The translations under genes and the position numbers were made by a program. The notes below the pieces were generated by a model. That model was not told the DNA's origin and ran no database searches. It saw only the letters and a list, made by a program, of their open reading frames with translations. A stretch of DNA of 64,000 nt from a phage, in assembly GCA_025829515.1 (NCBI GenBank), contig GCA_025829515.1_4865.1; one strand, written 5' to 3'. Below, in pieces: positions 55,263 to 64,000 of this stretch (its first letter is position 1; every line of letters starts with the position of its first letter).

Positions 55263-55286
55263 GAGATAGATATTATCTACAGGGAC
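55263..55286 (+). promoter_or_regulatory. recurring AGATATTATC element (copy B), promoter/operator candidate
   Basis: GAGATAGATATTATCTACAGGGAC; the motif ends 36 nt before ATG 55313. Confidence 0.35.
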
Positions 55287-55312
55287 GTAACCTTAAGGAG
55301 AATTTATTCACG

Positions 55313-56047
55313 ATGCTTAAAGTCGAAGTGCCAGTGCTTTTAAACCTCACGCCCCAGTTCTTTGAAGCGTTGTTCGAAAAGCATTGGCCCGCGTTCGCGA
55401 AGAACGAACTAAAGGATAACCCACAGTGGTATCCACTGCGCGATGAATTCAAGTACACAGCCATCAACGTCTGTATAGAAGTCTTCACTGCGTGGTTACA
55501 AGAGATGTACGACTGCATCAACACCGAACGGTTGTTCACGCTAGAACATGTAGAGATTAATGTTGTTGACGTCTACGAAGGTTACACCTACGAAGAAGGC
55601 ATTACTGCCACGGGGTTAAGCCAACAAGACGTTGAAGAACAAATCTTTGCGTGGATCGAGTGGTTTACGGAAAAGTTGATGCTGGCTGATTTTGTCACGC
55701 AGGTGGAAGATGTATTCATCCCAATGTACGAGCGGTTAGCTGAGATACGTCGTAACCATCGTCTGCTCGGTTACTGGTATGACACTTATACCACCTCCTC
55801 AACACTGTGGTCTTCCGCTACTGCCGCATTTGGCATAACTGATGGCGATTACGATGTCGTTCATTCCGGCCCTTGGCAGTATGGTTTCGGCACCCTGTGG
55901 CACGAGCTGACCGATGCCATGTGTCTGGACTTTTATCTGTGTGAAGGTAAGTTTTACACGGATAACTGCGTGAGCCAAATTCCGAATGGTGCGATGGTGG
56001 TGATGTGTCGCATCCGTAAAGAAGTCGCTGAGAAACTAAACTACTGA
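55313..56047 (+). CDS. hypothetical protein (244 aa)
   Basis: ATG with AAGGAG RBS; preceded by a GATATTATC motif. Confidence 0.5.
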   Translation: MLKVEVPVLLNLTPQFFEALFEKHWPAFAKNELKDNPQWYPLRDEFKYTAINVCIEVFTAWLQEMYDCINTERLFTLEHVEINVVDVYEGYTYEEGITATGLSQQDVEEQIFAWIEWFTEKLMLADFVTQVEDVFIPMYERLAEIRRNHRLLGYWYDTYTTSSTLWSSATAAFGITDGDYDVVHSGPWQYGFGTLWHELTDAMCLDFYLCEGKFYTDNCVSQIPNGAMVVMCRIRKEVAEKLNY

Positions 56048-56060
56048 AGGAGTATTTAAA

Positions 56061-56438
56061 ATGACGCAAGACGAATTTGAAACGATGGTAAAACAGTATT
56101 ACAAAGAAGGTGTGATTCTCTATATTGTCGAACCGGGACAAGAAGCCTGGTTAAATAAAGCAACGCTGAGTGTCGCTATTCGTGGAGAAGTGACAGTAGA
56201 GATGCGCAATATGGCACGTCTTATTCGCGATACTGCGATTACTGGCGGTAAACTGGTGTCTCTTGCGCATTTCAGAACACAGGGTCGCGATCAGGTATCG
56301 CTGGATGCTGAAGTTGATGTCGTTGCTACTGTTGGTTTTGATTTAGATGGTCTTCCAGGCTCGAACCTTGTCACGATTAAGAAATGGCGTGGATACGATG
56401 CAATCCCATCGCCAGGGGTGTGGCCGGCAACCAACTAG
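56061..56438 (+). CDS. hypothetical protein (125 aa)
   Basis: ATG with AAGGAG RBS. Confidence 0.45.
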   Translation: MTQDEFETMVKQYYKEGVILYIVEPGQEAWLNKATLSVAIRGEVTVEMRNMARLIRDTAITGGKLVSLAHFRTQGRDQVSLDAEVDVVATVGFDLDGLPGSNLVTIKKWRGYDAIPSPGVWPATN

Positions 56439-56449
56439 AGGTGGTCGCT

Positions 56450-56857
56450 ATGTTAAAGGTGTATAGCGAGTCATTGATGGACTTGCAAGAGTATCTAAAG
56501 CATGTGGAAATTAACGGCAACCGTGGAATGATATACTCCATGGTTGTCGAGATTTTAATTAAAATCGTGCTTGTTTCATTCCACGTAGCAGAAAACGGCA
56601 CTGCTGTACCAGGAGATGTTTATAAAGGCGTTATTAAGCATCTTAGCGAGCGCTACAGTTGTTTACGTGAACCGGATATCTTTAATGAGGTGCAGCGTGT
56701 TGTGTTGCTTATCCTCGACAACCGTGAAGACTTGGCGTACAAACTTGCGCATGAATTGGCAGACACGTCACAGCACGGTGGACAACTGAAATATAACGTT
56801 GTGGATCTCGTAGCGTGCAGATACTGGTATACGCAGCCCGAGGTAAGTAACTTTTAA
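56450..56857 (+). CDS. hypothetical protein (about 135 aa)
   Basis: Start chosen at ATG 56450 (AGAGGTGG RBS) to avoid the overlap implied by the track start at 56384. Confidence 0.4.
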   Translation: MLKVYSESLMDLQEYLKHVEINGNRGMIYSMVVEILIKIVLVSFHVAENGTAVPGDVYKGVIKHLSERYSCLREPDIFNEVQRVVLLILDNREDLAYKLAHELADTSQHGGQLKYNVVDLVACRYWYTQPEVSNF

Positions 56858-56867
56858 GGAGCATTAG

Positions 56868-57407
56868 ATGCAAATCGTAATTGACTTCGCTCTGTCGGAG
56901 TCGAGACGTCAGCTGGATGAAATTCTGTTAGGATTAAAACGTGACGTGGAATTTGAACTTCACGATGCGTTGGCCGTCCACGAAAATCGTTTGTCTGACG
57001 AAATAGGTTCGGGTGTAGATGTGGCTATCTGTGACACTGGGGATATGGTAAATCAGCTTATTGAACGTATGTTCACGCGGCTGCGTAACATTCTGAACTA
57101 TCCCCATCGTTTTGAACTGGTAGAAGGGACGGACCAAATCACCGACTTATTGAGTGAAGCCTTTGATAAGGTTGGTGAATCTCTGGCGGGGTTACATCAA
57201 GAGAACCTGGGCGAGACATATGTTGCTGTGGTCATTAACGGGCAAACGTCGAACGTTACGGACACGGTAACATGGTCCGATATCGTTGACCAGCCAATCA
57301 TTGACAAAATCACCAAGTTGTATCGTGAAGCAGAAATGAAAGTGCTGGCTATCTGTCGCCGTGAGTTGTTATACCTCGGTGAGAAATACGGGAAACCTAT
57401 TGAATGA
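56868..57407 (+). CDS. hypothetical protein (179 aa)
   Basis: ATG with AAGGAG RBS. Confidence 0.5.
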   Translation: MQIVIDFALSESRRQLDEILLGLKRDVEFELHDALAVHENRLSDEIGSGVDVAICDTGDMVNQLIERMFTRLRNILNYPHRFELVEGTDQITDLLSEAFDKVGESLAGLHQENLGETYVAVVINGQTSNVTDTVTWSDIVDQPIIDKITKLYREAEMKVLAICRRELLYLGEKYGKPIE

Positions 57408-57946
57408 AAATATTCATTGATTTACTCGATGACGAATTTCGTGAAATATTTCCAGCGGCGTTGTTCGAGTTTAAACGCAAGTGTGAAGACTATCTGATAC
57501 CGAAGAATATCGATCGTCAGCACCTCGCTGGGCTTATCTCTGCAGCGTATGTCAATATCGCGGTAAATGAAGTTCATCAACTCGCGCAACGTATTGCGTG
57601 TTTCGAATACAACGACGAAGACATTGAAGACGGTTTCCTGCAGTCTAAGATGGGTCGCTTCTCACTCGAACTCAAGACCGATGAAGTTATTGATAAGGTC
57701 GGTAAAGCGTTTGATGAAATGAAAGACATCGAAATGATGATTAAGATGTCTGGACCGGAAGCAGGCCCATTGAAAGAAGCGTGGGAACATCTCAACCGCG
57801 ACGAGTATAAAGAGATGTACATGGGTGAGTTCACCACCATGCTACGTCACCTCGAAGCACAGGTCTGGGAGCATATCGTTTCACGTCTGAAAGAAATACT
57901 GATTGTGGTCGAGCCAATGCAGCCTCTTGCTATCAGTAAATTCTAA
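57404..57946 (+). CDS. hypothetical protein (180 aa)
   Basis: ATGA overlap with the upstream gene; acidic protein. Confidence 0.5.
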   Translation: MKIFIDLLDDEFREIFPAALFEFKRKCEDYLIPKNIDRQHLAGLISAAYVNIAVNEVHQLAQRIACFEYNDEDIEDGFLQSKMGRFSLELKTDEVIDKVGKAFDEMKDIEMMIKMSGPEAGPLKEAWEHLNRDEYKEMYMGEFTTMLRHLEAQVWEHIVSRLKEILIVVEPMQPLAISKF

Positions 57947-57969
57947 ATCGGTCCGAAATAAAATAAAGC

Positions 57970-57998
57970 CTACCCACTCCCGTAAGGGGAGTGGGTAC
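57970..57998. terminator. bidirectional terminator hairpin (TACCCACTCCC-GTAA-GGGGAGTGGGTA)
   Basis: Stem nearly identical to the hairpin at 9318; flanked by AAATAAAATAAAG upstream and CTTACTTTTTATTTTTTG downstream. Confidence 0.6.
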
Positions 57999-58008
57999 TG
58001 CTTACTTT

Positions 58009-58764
58009 TTATTTTTTGTTTGCTTTCAGGGTCTTGAGGCGATCACCGGTTACGTTCAGGCATTCTGTCAGTTCATTAATCTGTTTCATAAACAGTCCGA
58101 ACAGCTCAACCCAGTCAGCACCCATGTCAGCCATTTTCACTAACTCTGCCGCCACATTAGGATGGACTTGTGAATTAGAGATAATGTCTACAGAGACGTT
58201 GATGCTTTCAACTGTACGGTCAATACCTTTCTGGAGTTTCTTAGTCACTTCCAGGTTCAGCGCTTTGGCACGATTAAACGCAACGTCAATCTCACCTGCA
58301 CTGTGGTAGGTCTTTTCAATCGCACGCTGGTCGATCACGTTGTTGGTATACGACTTCGCCAGTTTCTCAACCAGATCTTTTGGATTGATATTTTTCAGCG
58401 GGTAGTTCAGGTCTTTGAACTTAAACCCAATCGGCAGAGTTAACATGCCCAGGTCATGGGTCATCGCACCGAAACGTTTATCGATGGGTGTTAAAACCCC
58501 TTCCTGAATCTTCTGGAGCACAGCCCATACAGATTCCAACCGTTCTATGTGGTCCATCACATACGTGTTGAAGCCCGGAGGTACGGGTACAAGCATTCCG
58601 GTAAAGTTTAAAAACTTCTCTTGCTGCATCCACTTGGACACATCAGACATGTCGTCATAGGTGGTCAGCGCGAGTTCCTGTTGAGAGCCGCTAAAGGCTT
58701 TAGGCAGAATCGTGGATGCTTTGGCAACAAAGCCCGACAACGCTGCAAGTGGATTAACATTCAT
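58009..58764 (-). CDS. hypothetical protein (251 aa)
   Basis: ORF track; a single minus-strand gene between the terminator and a divergent intergenic region. Confidence 0.5.
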   Translation of the reverse strand: MNVNPLAALSGFVAKASTILPKAFSGSQQELALTTYDDMSDVSKWMQQEKFLNFTGMLVPVPPGFNTYVMDHIERLESVWAVLQKIQEGVLTPIDKRFGAMTHDLGMLTLPIGFKFKDLNYPLKNINPKDLVEKLAKSYTNNVIDQRAIEKTYHSAGEIDVAFNRAKALNLEVTKKLQKGIDRTVESINVSVDIISNSQVHPNVAAELVKMADMGADWVELFGLFMKQINELTECLNVTGDRLKTLKANKK

Positions 58765-58862
58765 TCTATCAACCTCGAATATATAAGGGATTGGGCTACA
58801 TAGTAAGTCTTTTACGTATCACCCAAACCTTATGTACGAGAACTGCATAAAGGTAACATCTG

Positions 58863-59162
58863 ATGAGAATCAAATTACTGACTCGCGCTTTAACCTCTCG
58901 TATCGAACCTGAGATTTACACCACCCCGACGAAGAAGAATACCGATGGTAGTCCGATCGTGGTTGGTAAAATCCTGAACGTGACCACTCGTGCTGATGGT
59001 CAGCGCGTTCTGGAAATCGAAATCGACGAACGTAACCGTAACCGCTTCAAGGGCATTTCTAATATCAACCCTAAAGATGACAGTCAAGTCACCGAGTGGG
59101 CAGAAATGCATTTCGAAGTTTGGCATAAACGTCGTCTGTTACTCCCACTGAAAAAACGCTAA
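58863..59162 (+). CDS. hypothetical protein (99 aa)
   Basis: ORF track; basic small protein. Confidence 0.4.
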   Translation: MRIKLLTRALTSRIEPEIYTTPTKKNTDGSPIVVGKILNVTTRADGQRVLEIEIDERNRNRFKGISNINPKDDSQVTEWAEMHFEVWHKRRLLLPLKKR

Positions 59163-59177
59163 TTGACGGAGCGCTAA

Positions 59178-60671
59178 ATGGCAGGTCCAGCTAAACAAGT
59201 CATGGGTGAAGTGATTCGCCCTCGTTTTAACGTATATACCATCATGGACCACGCTCTCGGTAACTACGAGCGCGGGGAAGATGGCTTGTACTACCTCAAC
59301 GGTGGTTTTGCCCACATCATGGGCTTCGCAGGTCGTGGGAACACTTTTAAGTCTACCTTATTAGACTTCTGCATTTTCATGATTCTGCAACGTTATAATG
59401 CAGCCTGGGGATCGAAATACGATACCGAAGTTACGGCAGCATTAAGTCGTCTGGAAACAGGGTACATTTCCGCAGCGAAAGCAAACGGATTAGAAGTATC
59501 ACCAACGGGCGGCGTGCTGGACCTGATCCACGAAGGTCGTTACAACATGGTTGGCTCGGATATCATGGCAGGTGAAGAATATTACTCTGCCTATATCCGT
59601 GACGAAGTCGAAAAACGTTTCAAAGAGTATATGGCTGGTAAGGCACGCGAAACACCATTCCCTGACCCAATCCGTCGCTCTGCGAAAAAGATTCTCGACC
59701 CGTGGTTGTACTCGATTGACTCCCTGTCCGAATGGCACACTTCTTCCCTGGAAGAGAAACATGCCAAATCAGAAGTCGGTGATTCTGAACAGAACATCCT
59801 GAACGCCCACGATGCCCTGCAGAAATCGAATATGATGAGCCGTTGGCCGTCTGCGTTTGCGCGTGGTGGTTTCTATATGGGCTTCGTTGCTCAGTTGGCC
59901 GACGATGCGGGTAAAGCAATGGCGGCAGGTGGCCGTGGTGGACCGAAGGCGAACGGTAAACTGTTGGACGATGCAGGCGATGATCTGAAGTTTGCGGGTA
60001 TCCCGCGCCGTCAGTTGTCGTTCTTAACTAACTCCCTGCTGGTTGCAACCAAGTCTGGTGAGTTGAAGCAGGATCAGACTTACAACGCGAAGACCGGTGT
60101 AAACGAAGAGAAATACCCGACTGCGCGTTCGAAAGCAATGAATGCTTCGGTGAACGACCTGAAAGAAATTGTTTTCACGCAGTACCGTGCGAAGGGTGGT
60201 CACACAGGCGTTAAGTTCAAAATGGTCTTCTCGCAGGAGATGGGTCTGCTTTATCACCTCTCTCTGTGGCATTACCTGAGCGACACACTGAAAGATGAAT
60301 GGGGCTACAAACGTAGTGGTGCTAACTATACCCTCGATTTGCTACCTGGTACATCTTTCATGCGTACCACGATTCGCGACATGTGTGACAGCAACCCGCG
60401 TTTGCGCCGGGCGTTGGAAATCACCGCCGCACTAGCGTACATGCAGAATAACTACCACCGACTGGAAATGAAGTACCATCTCTCACCGGCGGAGCTTTAT
60501 AAAGTTATCGACGAAAAGTGGGACTGGAATGAAATTCTGGACAATACAGTGGAATACTGGATGTTCAAGGATCAGGAAGTCAAAGGTGGTAAGCGTTGCT
60601 TAACAGCAATGTCATTACTGGCGATGGCCGTGGATGGTCTGGAACCTAAGTTCTTGACTAAGAAGAAATAA
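59178..60671 (+). CDS. hypothetical protein (497 aa)
   Basis: ORF track; long ORF followed by a terminator; no confident motif. Confidence 0.5.
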   Translation: MAGPAKQVMGEVIRPRFNVYTIMDHALGNYERGEDGLYYLNGGFAHIMGFAGRGNTFKSTLLDFCIFMILQRYNAAWGSKYDTEVTAALSRLETGYISAAKANGLEVSPTGGVLDLIHEGRYNMVGSDIMAGEEYYSAYIRDEVEKRFKEYMAGKARETPFPDPIRRSAKKILDPWLYSIDSLSEWHTSSLEEKHAKSEVGDSEQNILNAHDALQKSNMMSRWPSAFARGGFYMGFVAQLADDAGKAMAAGGRGGPKANGKLLDDAGDDLKFAGIPRRQLSFLTNSLLVATKSGELKQDQTYNAKTGVNEEKYPTARSKAMNASVNDLKEIVFTQYRAKGGHTGVKFKMVFSQEMGLLYHLSLWHYLSDTLKDEWGYKRSGANYTLDLLPGTSFMRTTIRDMCDSNPRLRRALEITAALAYMQNNYHRLEMKYHLSPAELYKVIDEKWDWNEILDNTVEYWMFKDQEVKGGKRCLTAMSLLAMAVDGLEPKFLTKKK

Positions 60672-60675
60672 GCAT

Positions 60676-60700
60676 GGGCGGGGCAACCCGCCTGTTTTTT
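60676..60700 (+). terminator. rho-independent terminator (GGCGGG-GCAA-CCCGCC, T6)
   Basis: GC stem followed by TGTTTTTT. Confidence 0.55.
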
Positions 60701-60716
60701 CCCCTGAGGATTAGCG

Positions 60717-60992
60717 ATGCGTTATCAGAAAGATATTGTAGAGCGTCTGTGTCTGGGTCTCGCTGGTATTAGCCAGGAACTTAGCACCGCGTTCCATAAC
60801 GAGTTCTCAGCACCGCGACATGCACTGTCTGAATTTAGTCATCAGGTAAATGCCCATTACGGCAACCTGATTAATGATAAACCGAAGGTTGATGCGGTCG
60901 GTGTGCCTGAACACAATGAAGATATCCCGTACTGGATTGAAGACCTGGAACGTGTGGTTCTTCCAGTGCTCCGTGAGAGGATGAAAAAATGA
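60717..60992 (+). CDS. hypothetical protein (91 aa)
   Basis: ATG with TGAGGA RBS. Confidence 0.45.
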   Translation: MRYQKDIVERLCLGLAGISQELSTAFHNEFSAPRHALSEFSHQVNAHYGNLINDKPKVDAVGVPEHNEDIPYWIEDLERVVLPVLRERMKK

Positions 60993-61657
60993 GATTAGAC
61001 CCGGCACGGCGAAAAAAAGCAGAAGCTTATGCTTTACAGTTACTGAACTTAGTTGACCCGACCGGGATTAACGCGGAAGCTGCCAAGCGCGCTTTCTCAC
61101 GAATGTCTGACGAAGAGTTCAATCGTCTGCGCGAAGGGTTGCCTGTTTACAACCCAACTGGTGGCAAGGTCAAAATTGACCATATGCGCAATATTAAAAT
61201 TTGCGAAGCGATGGGACTGAACTTGTGTCAGCGCCTGTGGCTCACGGAACCGAAAACCGGTATCCTACAGCGTACCCGTTACCCCCATTTAGTCTTCCGG
61301 CTACCTGCACGTCGCCAGACGCAGATGCAAGAGAAGAAAATGGCGGTGGCGAAGAACGATAAAGTCCGCGATAAACTCTCGGGTCAGGTAGTAGGGCCTT
61401 CCAAAGCTTCGGGTGTTTCGTTTCCAGAAGCGTACATCATGTACTCGGATGGACACGACTCAACGCTCCAGGAGTTCCTGTGGGCGCGTGGTGGTAACGA
61501 TACGTTACAACGTGCGTTCTATCAATCGCTACGGCAAACCGGTAAAGGTCGCATCAACCTGGAAGGGGCTGAGCGTACCAGTTCAAAAGCGCCGCGTACA
61601 TGGTCTTCGTACTTTAAAGCAATGCACATCGGTAACAACTTAGGACGCCCGGAATGA
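60989..61657 (+). CDS. hypothetical protein (222 aa)
   Basis: ATGA overlap with the upstream gene. Confidence 0.5.
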   Translation: MRLDPARRKKAEAYALQLLNLVDPTGINAEAAKRAFSRMSDEEFNRLREGLPVYNPTGGKVKIDHMRNIKICEAMGLNLCQRLWLTEPKTGILQRTRYPHLVFRLPARRQTQMQEKKMAVAKNDKVRDKLSGQVVGPSKASGVSFPEAYIMYSDGHDSTLQEFLWARGGNDTLQRAFYQSLRQTGKGRINLEGAERTSSKAPRTWSSYFKAMHIGNNLGRPE

Positions 61658-62382
61658 GATTAGGACGCCGTTTCTTAGTCGATATCGACACAATCTTCGA
61701 TACACGAATTGGTTGGGCGAAAGTGCTGCAGCCTGATGTATTAGAGAAGCTTGATTTAGAAGTGTATCGGATGCGGTTCACAGATGCGTGGGCCGAAGTG
61801 GTAGGAATTCAGGACTGGAATAAAAAGTTCGCGGAGCGTGATAAACGCGCGTTGCAGAACGCGCAGCCAACAGAAATGTTGCTTACGCTAAAGAACGAAG
61901 TACAGGCAATGTTAATGACGATACAGATGCACGCTCCTATTGAGCGACCTGTCTTAACGTTTAACCTGTGGCCATACGCTGATCTCGATGATGAAGAACG
62001 TCATGCGTTTTTGGAAGAACTGCGTTACTACTATAACGAAGTGCAAGTAGACGTCGTTGTTATTCCTCACAGCGATCTTACACCAGGACGACTTGCTTCT
62101 GCATGGGACGGTTGGATAATGTACGATTGGTATCCGTGGATAGAACAACACGCGAACCATTTCCAGAAACCGATTCCGGATTTCACCATTACCCGACCGA
62201 GTATGCTGACCAGCGAATTAACGGAAGAAGCCATCGCGCAAATAAAAAGAGATAAGGTGAACCCCTTTAAGGAGTCCACCCGTTTTCTTGCTCAATACGT
62301 CGGTACTGACGTAAAGGACACTGCGCTGTTTAGTCTTCGTCGTCATCAGCAGGACGACGACTCGCAAACGCAGACGCCATGA
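61654..62382 (+). CDS. hypothetical protein (242 aa)
   Basis: ATGA overlap with the upstream gene. Confidence 0.5.
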   Translation: MRLGRRFLVDIDTIFDTRIGWAKVLQPDVLEKLDLEVYRMRFTDAWAEVVGIQDWNKKFAERDKRALQNAQPTEMLLTLKNEVQAMLMTIQMHAPIERPVLTFNLWPYADLDDEERHAFLEELRYYYNEVQVDVVVIPHSDLTPGRLASAWDGWIMYDWYPWIEQHANHFQKPIPDFTITRPSMLTSELTEEAIAQIKRDKVNPFKESTRFLAQYVGTDVKDTALFSLRRHQQDDDSQTQTP

Positions 62383-62800
62383 TCTGGTCAACGTCAATCT
62401 TTTCGCCTACTGGTGCCAACTCACCTTCTTTCGGAGGCCGTACTGCGGCAATCTGTGGGACGGTGGGTTGGTATCCATTATTTAAATCTTCTTCATCGTC
62501 GTGACGTTTGATACCAACGCCAGCACGGGTCATTAAGAAGCCGTTTAAACTGTTGGCCAAATCTTGAGTCGCCTCAGCGCCTTTCTCAGCAGCTTTAATT
62601 TTCCGCTTCGTCATGACCTGTTTGTCGATGCCGTTGATTAGGCGTTCGATTCGGTCGACGGCTTTTAAGTCTTTGTGTACTTCACCGTCGTTCACCATAT
62701 CTGTGACGAGCTTAACGCGTAGCTGTTGTGTTTGGCGGAGAAGCGAATCTTCGTTGTCCACATCTCCGTCGAACGCTTGGTATTTCACTTCTTCGCTCAT
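62330..62800 (-). CDS. hypothetical acidic protein (156 aa)
   Basis: ATG with TGAGG RBS; its 3' end overlaps convergent gene 61654-62382 by 53 nt. Confidence 0.45.
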   Translation of the reverse strand: MSEEVKYQAFDGDVDNEDSLLRQTQQLRVKLVTDMVNDGEVHKDLKAVDRIERLINGIDKQVMTKRKIKAAEKGAEATQDLANSLNGFLMTRAGVGIKRHDDEEDLNNGYQPTVPQIAAVRPPKEGELAPVGEKIDVDQIMASAFASRRPADDDED

Positions 62801-62827
62801 GGGATAACCTCATCTCAAAAAGAACTC

Positions 62828-62850
62828 AGACAGATATTATCTATCCGAGA
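62828..62850 (+). promoter_or_regulatory. recurring AGATATTATC element (copy C), promoter/operator candidate
   Basis: AGACAGATATTATCTATCCGAGA; the motif ends 36 nt before ATG 62877, the same spacing as copy B. Confidence 0.35.
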
Positions 62851-62876
62851 CAACATCTCATAATAGGATAACACCT

Positions 62877-63407
62877 ATGCTTTTTAAATGGCTTTCAACA
62901 CTCCTGCGTCGTAAGGCTGTAGAAGCTCGCAGACGCTCTTTGGAGGCTGAGTTTCATAAGAATACCCATAACACCCTGCACAGAGTGATGGTGGGCTTAG
63001 AACTCATTACAGAGCCTCTGGAATATAATGGGAAAGAATACCTTCCTTTTTCATTGCGTGGACAACTCGAATTACGTATTCGAGATTTTGACACGTTGGT
63101 GGAGCGATTGGAATTCTTCATTTCTGAGTATAACCGTGTATCCAGTAGCAACATTCCCAATCAACGTTGGTTAGAGTTGCCTGAGGCAATCGATAGAAAA
63201 GGAGAGAGTTCAGAACCACGATGGCTTGATCATTATTTCGGTGCATCCGATCCTGAAGTCGCGCGCGATAAACTGCGCACAGTCTTCGCTATGTTAGAAC
63301 TGTATCAGCGTGCATTTGATAAACAAACACCCGAACAGGATACGCTGTTTAATCAAACCGCACATATCTTCCGCGAGTTAGAAGTGATAGTGGAACACTA
63401 TCTCTAA
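62877..63407 (+). CDS. hypothetical protein (176 aa)
   Basis: ATG; preceded by a GATATTATC motif 36 nt upstream. Confidence 0.5.
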   Translation: MLFKWLSTLLRRKAVEARRRSLEAEFHKNTHNTLHRVMVGLELITEPLEYNGKEYLPFSLRGQLELRIRDFDTLVERLEFFISEYNRVSSSNIPNQRWLELPEAIDRKGESSEPRWLDHYFGASDPEVARDKLRTVFAMLELYQRAFDKQTPEQDTLFNQTAHIFRELEVIVEHYL

Positions 63408-63440
63408 CTTTTAATCTATTCCCTTGTAACAAGGTGATGT

Positions 63441-64000
63441 ATGGATGATGAGAAAAAGCCGCCGCTGAATAGCACACGCGAGCAAATTTGGCACGGTACG
63501 CCACCGGCGTCAGATTCCAGCTACCCGTTAAGGAAAGCTTATTGGAATCTGGTTAAGTTGATGGGTATTAGCGACGGGATATGGAAAGACCTTATCCGTC
63601 AACATGTCAACGACCCGGAGTATCTGAAACAGTTTCGTGACAGCAAACTGACCACGATGACCGACCGCGTTAACCGGCTGAACACCTCACTTACGGGTGG
63701 TTCGGTACGTAACCTGACAGTCGATTTTACGTGGAAACGTTTCATCGAGGGATTAGTTATCCTGGAGATGCAAACGCTAACAGTCACCCTGCTGACTAAG
63801 CGGGGAAGCTTTGACACGAAGTGTTTTGTATTCGACAGTACGTTTGTGCGTGAGGACTTCATTAAGAACTTACGTAATGAGAACAGGAAGAAACGTAAAG
63901 AGCGTTTCGAGCATCCTGCATCTTACGACGTTAACGAGTATGTCGCGAACATCGACCACACTATCGAACATGTGATGAAGCACATTCTCCTGCGTTTAAT
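63441..64000 (+). CDS. hypothetical protein, 3'-truncated at the window end
   Basis: ATG with AAGGTG RBS; open frame with no stop to the window edge (I translated it by eye). Not in the ORF track because no stop is present. Confidence 0.45.
   Translation, partial: MDDEKKPPLNSTREQIWHGTPPASDSSYPLRKAYWNLVKLMGISDGIWKDLIRQHVNDPEYLKQFRDSKLTTMTDRVNRLNTSLTGGSVRNLTVDFTWKRFIEGLVILEMQTLTVTLLTKRGSFDTKCFVFDSTFVREDFIKNLRNENRKKRKERFEHPASYDVNEYVANIDHTIEHVMKHILLRL

Noticed and set aside
63599-63862. Track ORF 63599-63862 on the minus strand
   Set aside because: It is antisense to a continuous plus-strand ORF (63441 to the window end) that has a good RBS; there is no start context for the minus ORF.
1-64000. 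Prophage boundary / integration module (integrase, att sites, repressor) and tRNA or rRNA genes
   Set aside because: No tyrosine or serine recombinase motifs, no long direct repeats and no tRNA-like sequences were seen; the window appears to be internal to a lytic-type phage genome.

Overview
This 64 kb window looks like part of a large virulent tailed phage (Caudoviricetes) genome: it is densely packed with genes preceded by Shine-Dalgarno sites, and I found no integrase, transposase, tRNA, rRNA or CRISPR array. All calls come from reading the sequence and the ORF track; no database search was run, so protein-family assignments are motif-based inferences. Layout: (1) 41-7074, an array of six mosaic paralogous putative receptor-binding / tail fiber genes; (2) 7180-9225, a lysis-like block with a GH108-type lysozyme, a DUF1353-like protein and an M15 metallopeptidase; (3) 10576-30400, one long minus-strand operon with three giant tail fiber/tailspike genes (1237, 1376, ~1727 aa) and a fourth shorter fibre, followed immediately by three paralogous hyper-cysteine-rich small proteins, a 295-aa unknown, two radical-SAM enzymes with Cys-rich C-terminal (SPASM/twitch-like) domains and two further unknowns; (4) 30468-64000, mostly plus-strand early/DNA-metabolism-type genes (Rad50/SbcC-like ATPase with zinc hook, DEDDh exonuclease, RNase H fusion, macro-domain protein, SLT-like transglycosylase, spanin-like pair, secreted Cys-protein family, many unknowns) punctuated by strong hairpin terminators. 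The main candidate for an undescribed system is the radical-SAM / Cys-rich peptide module (10576-15949) embedded in the tail-fibre operon; it looks like a phage-encoded RiPP-like or structural-protein crosslinking system.
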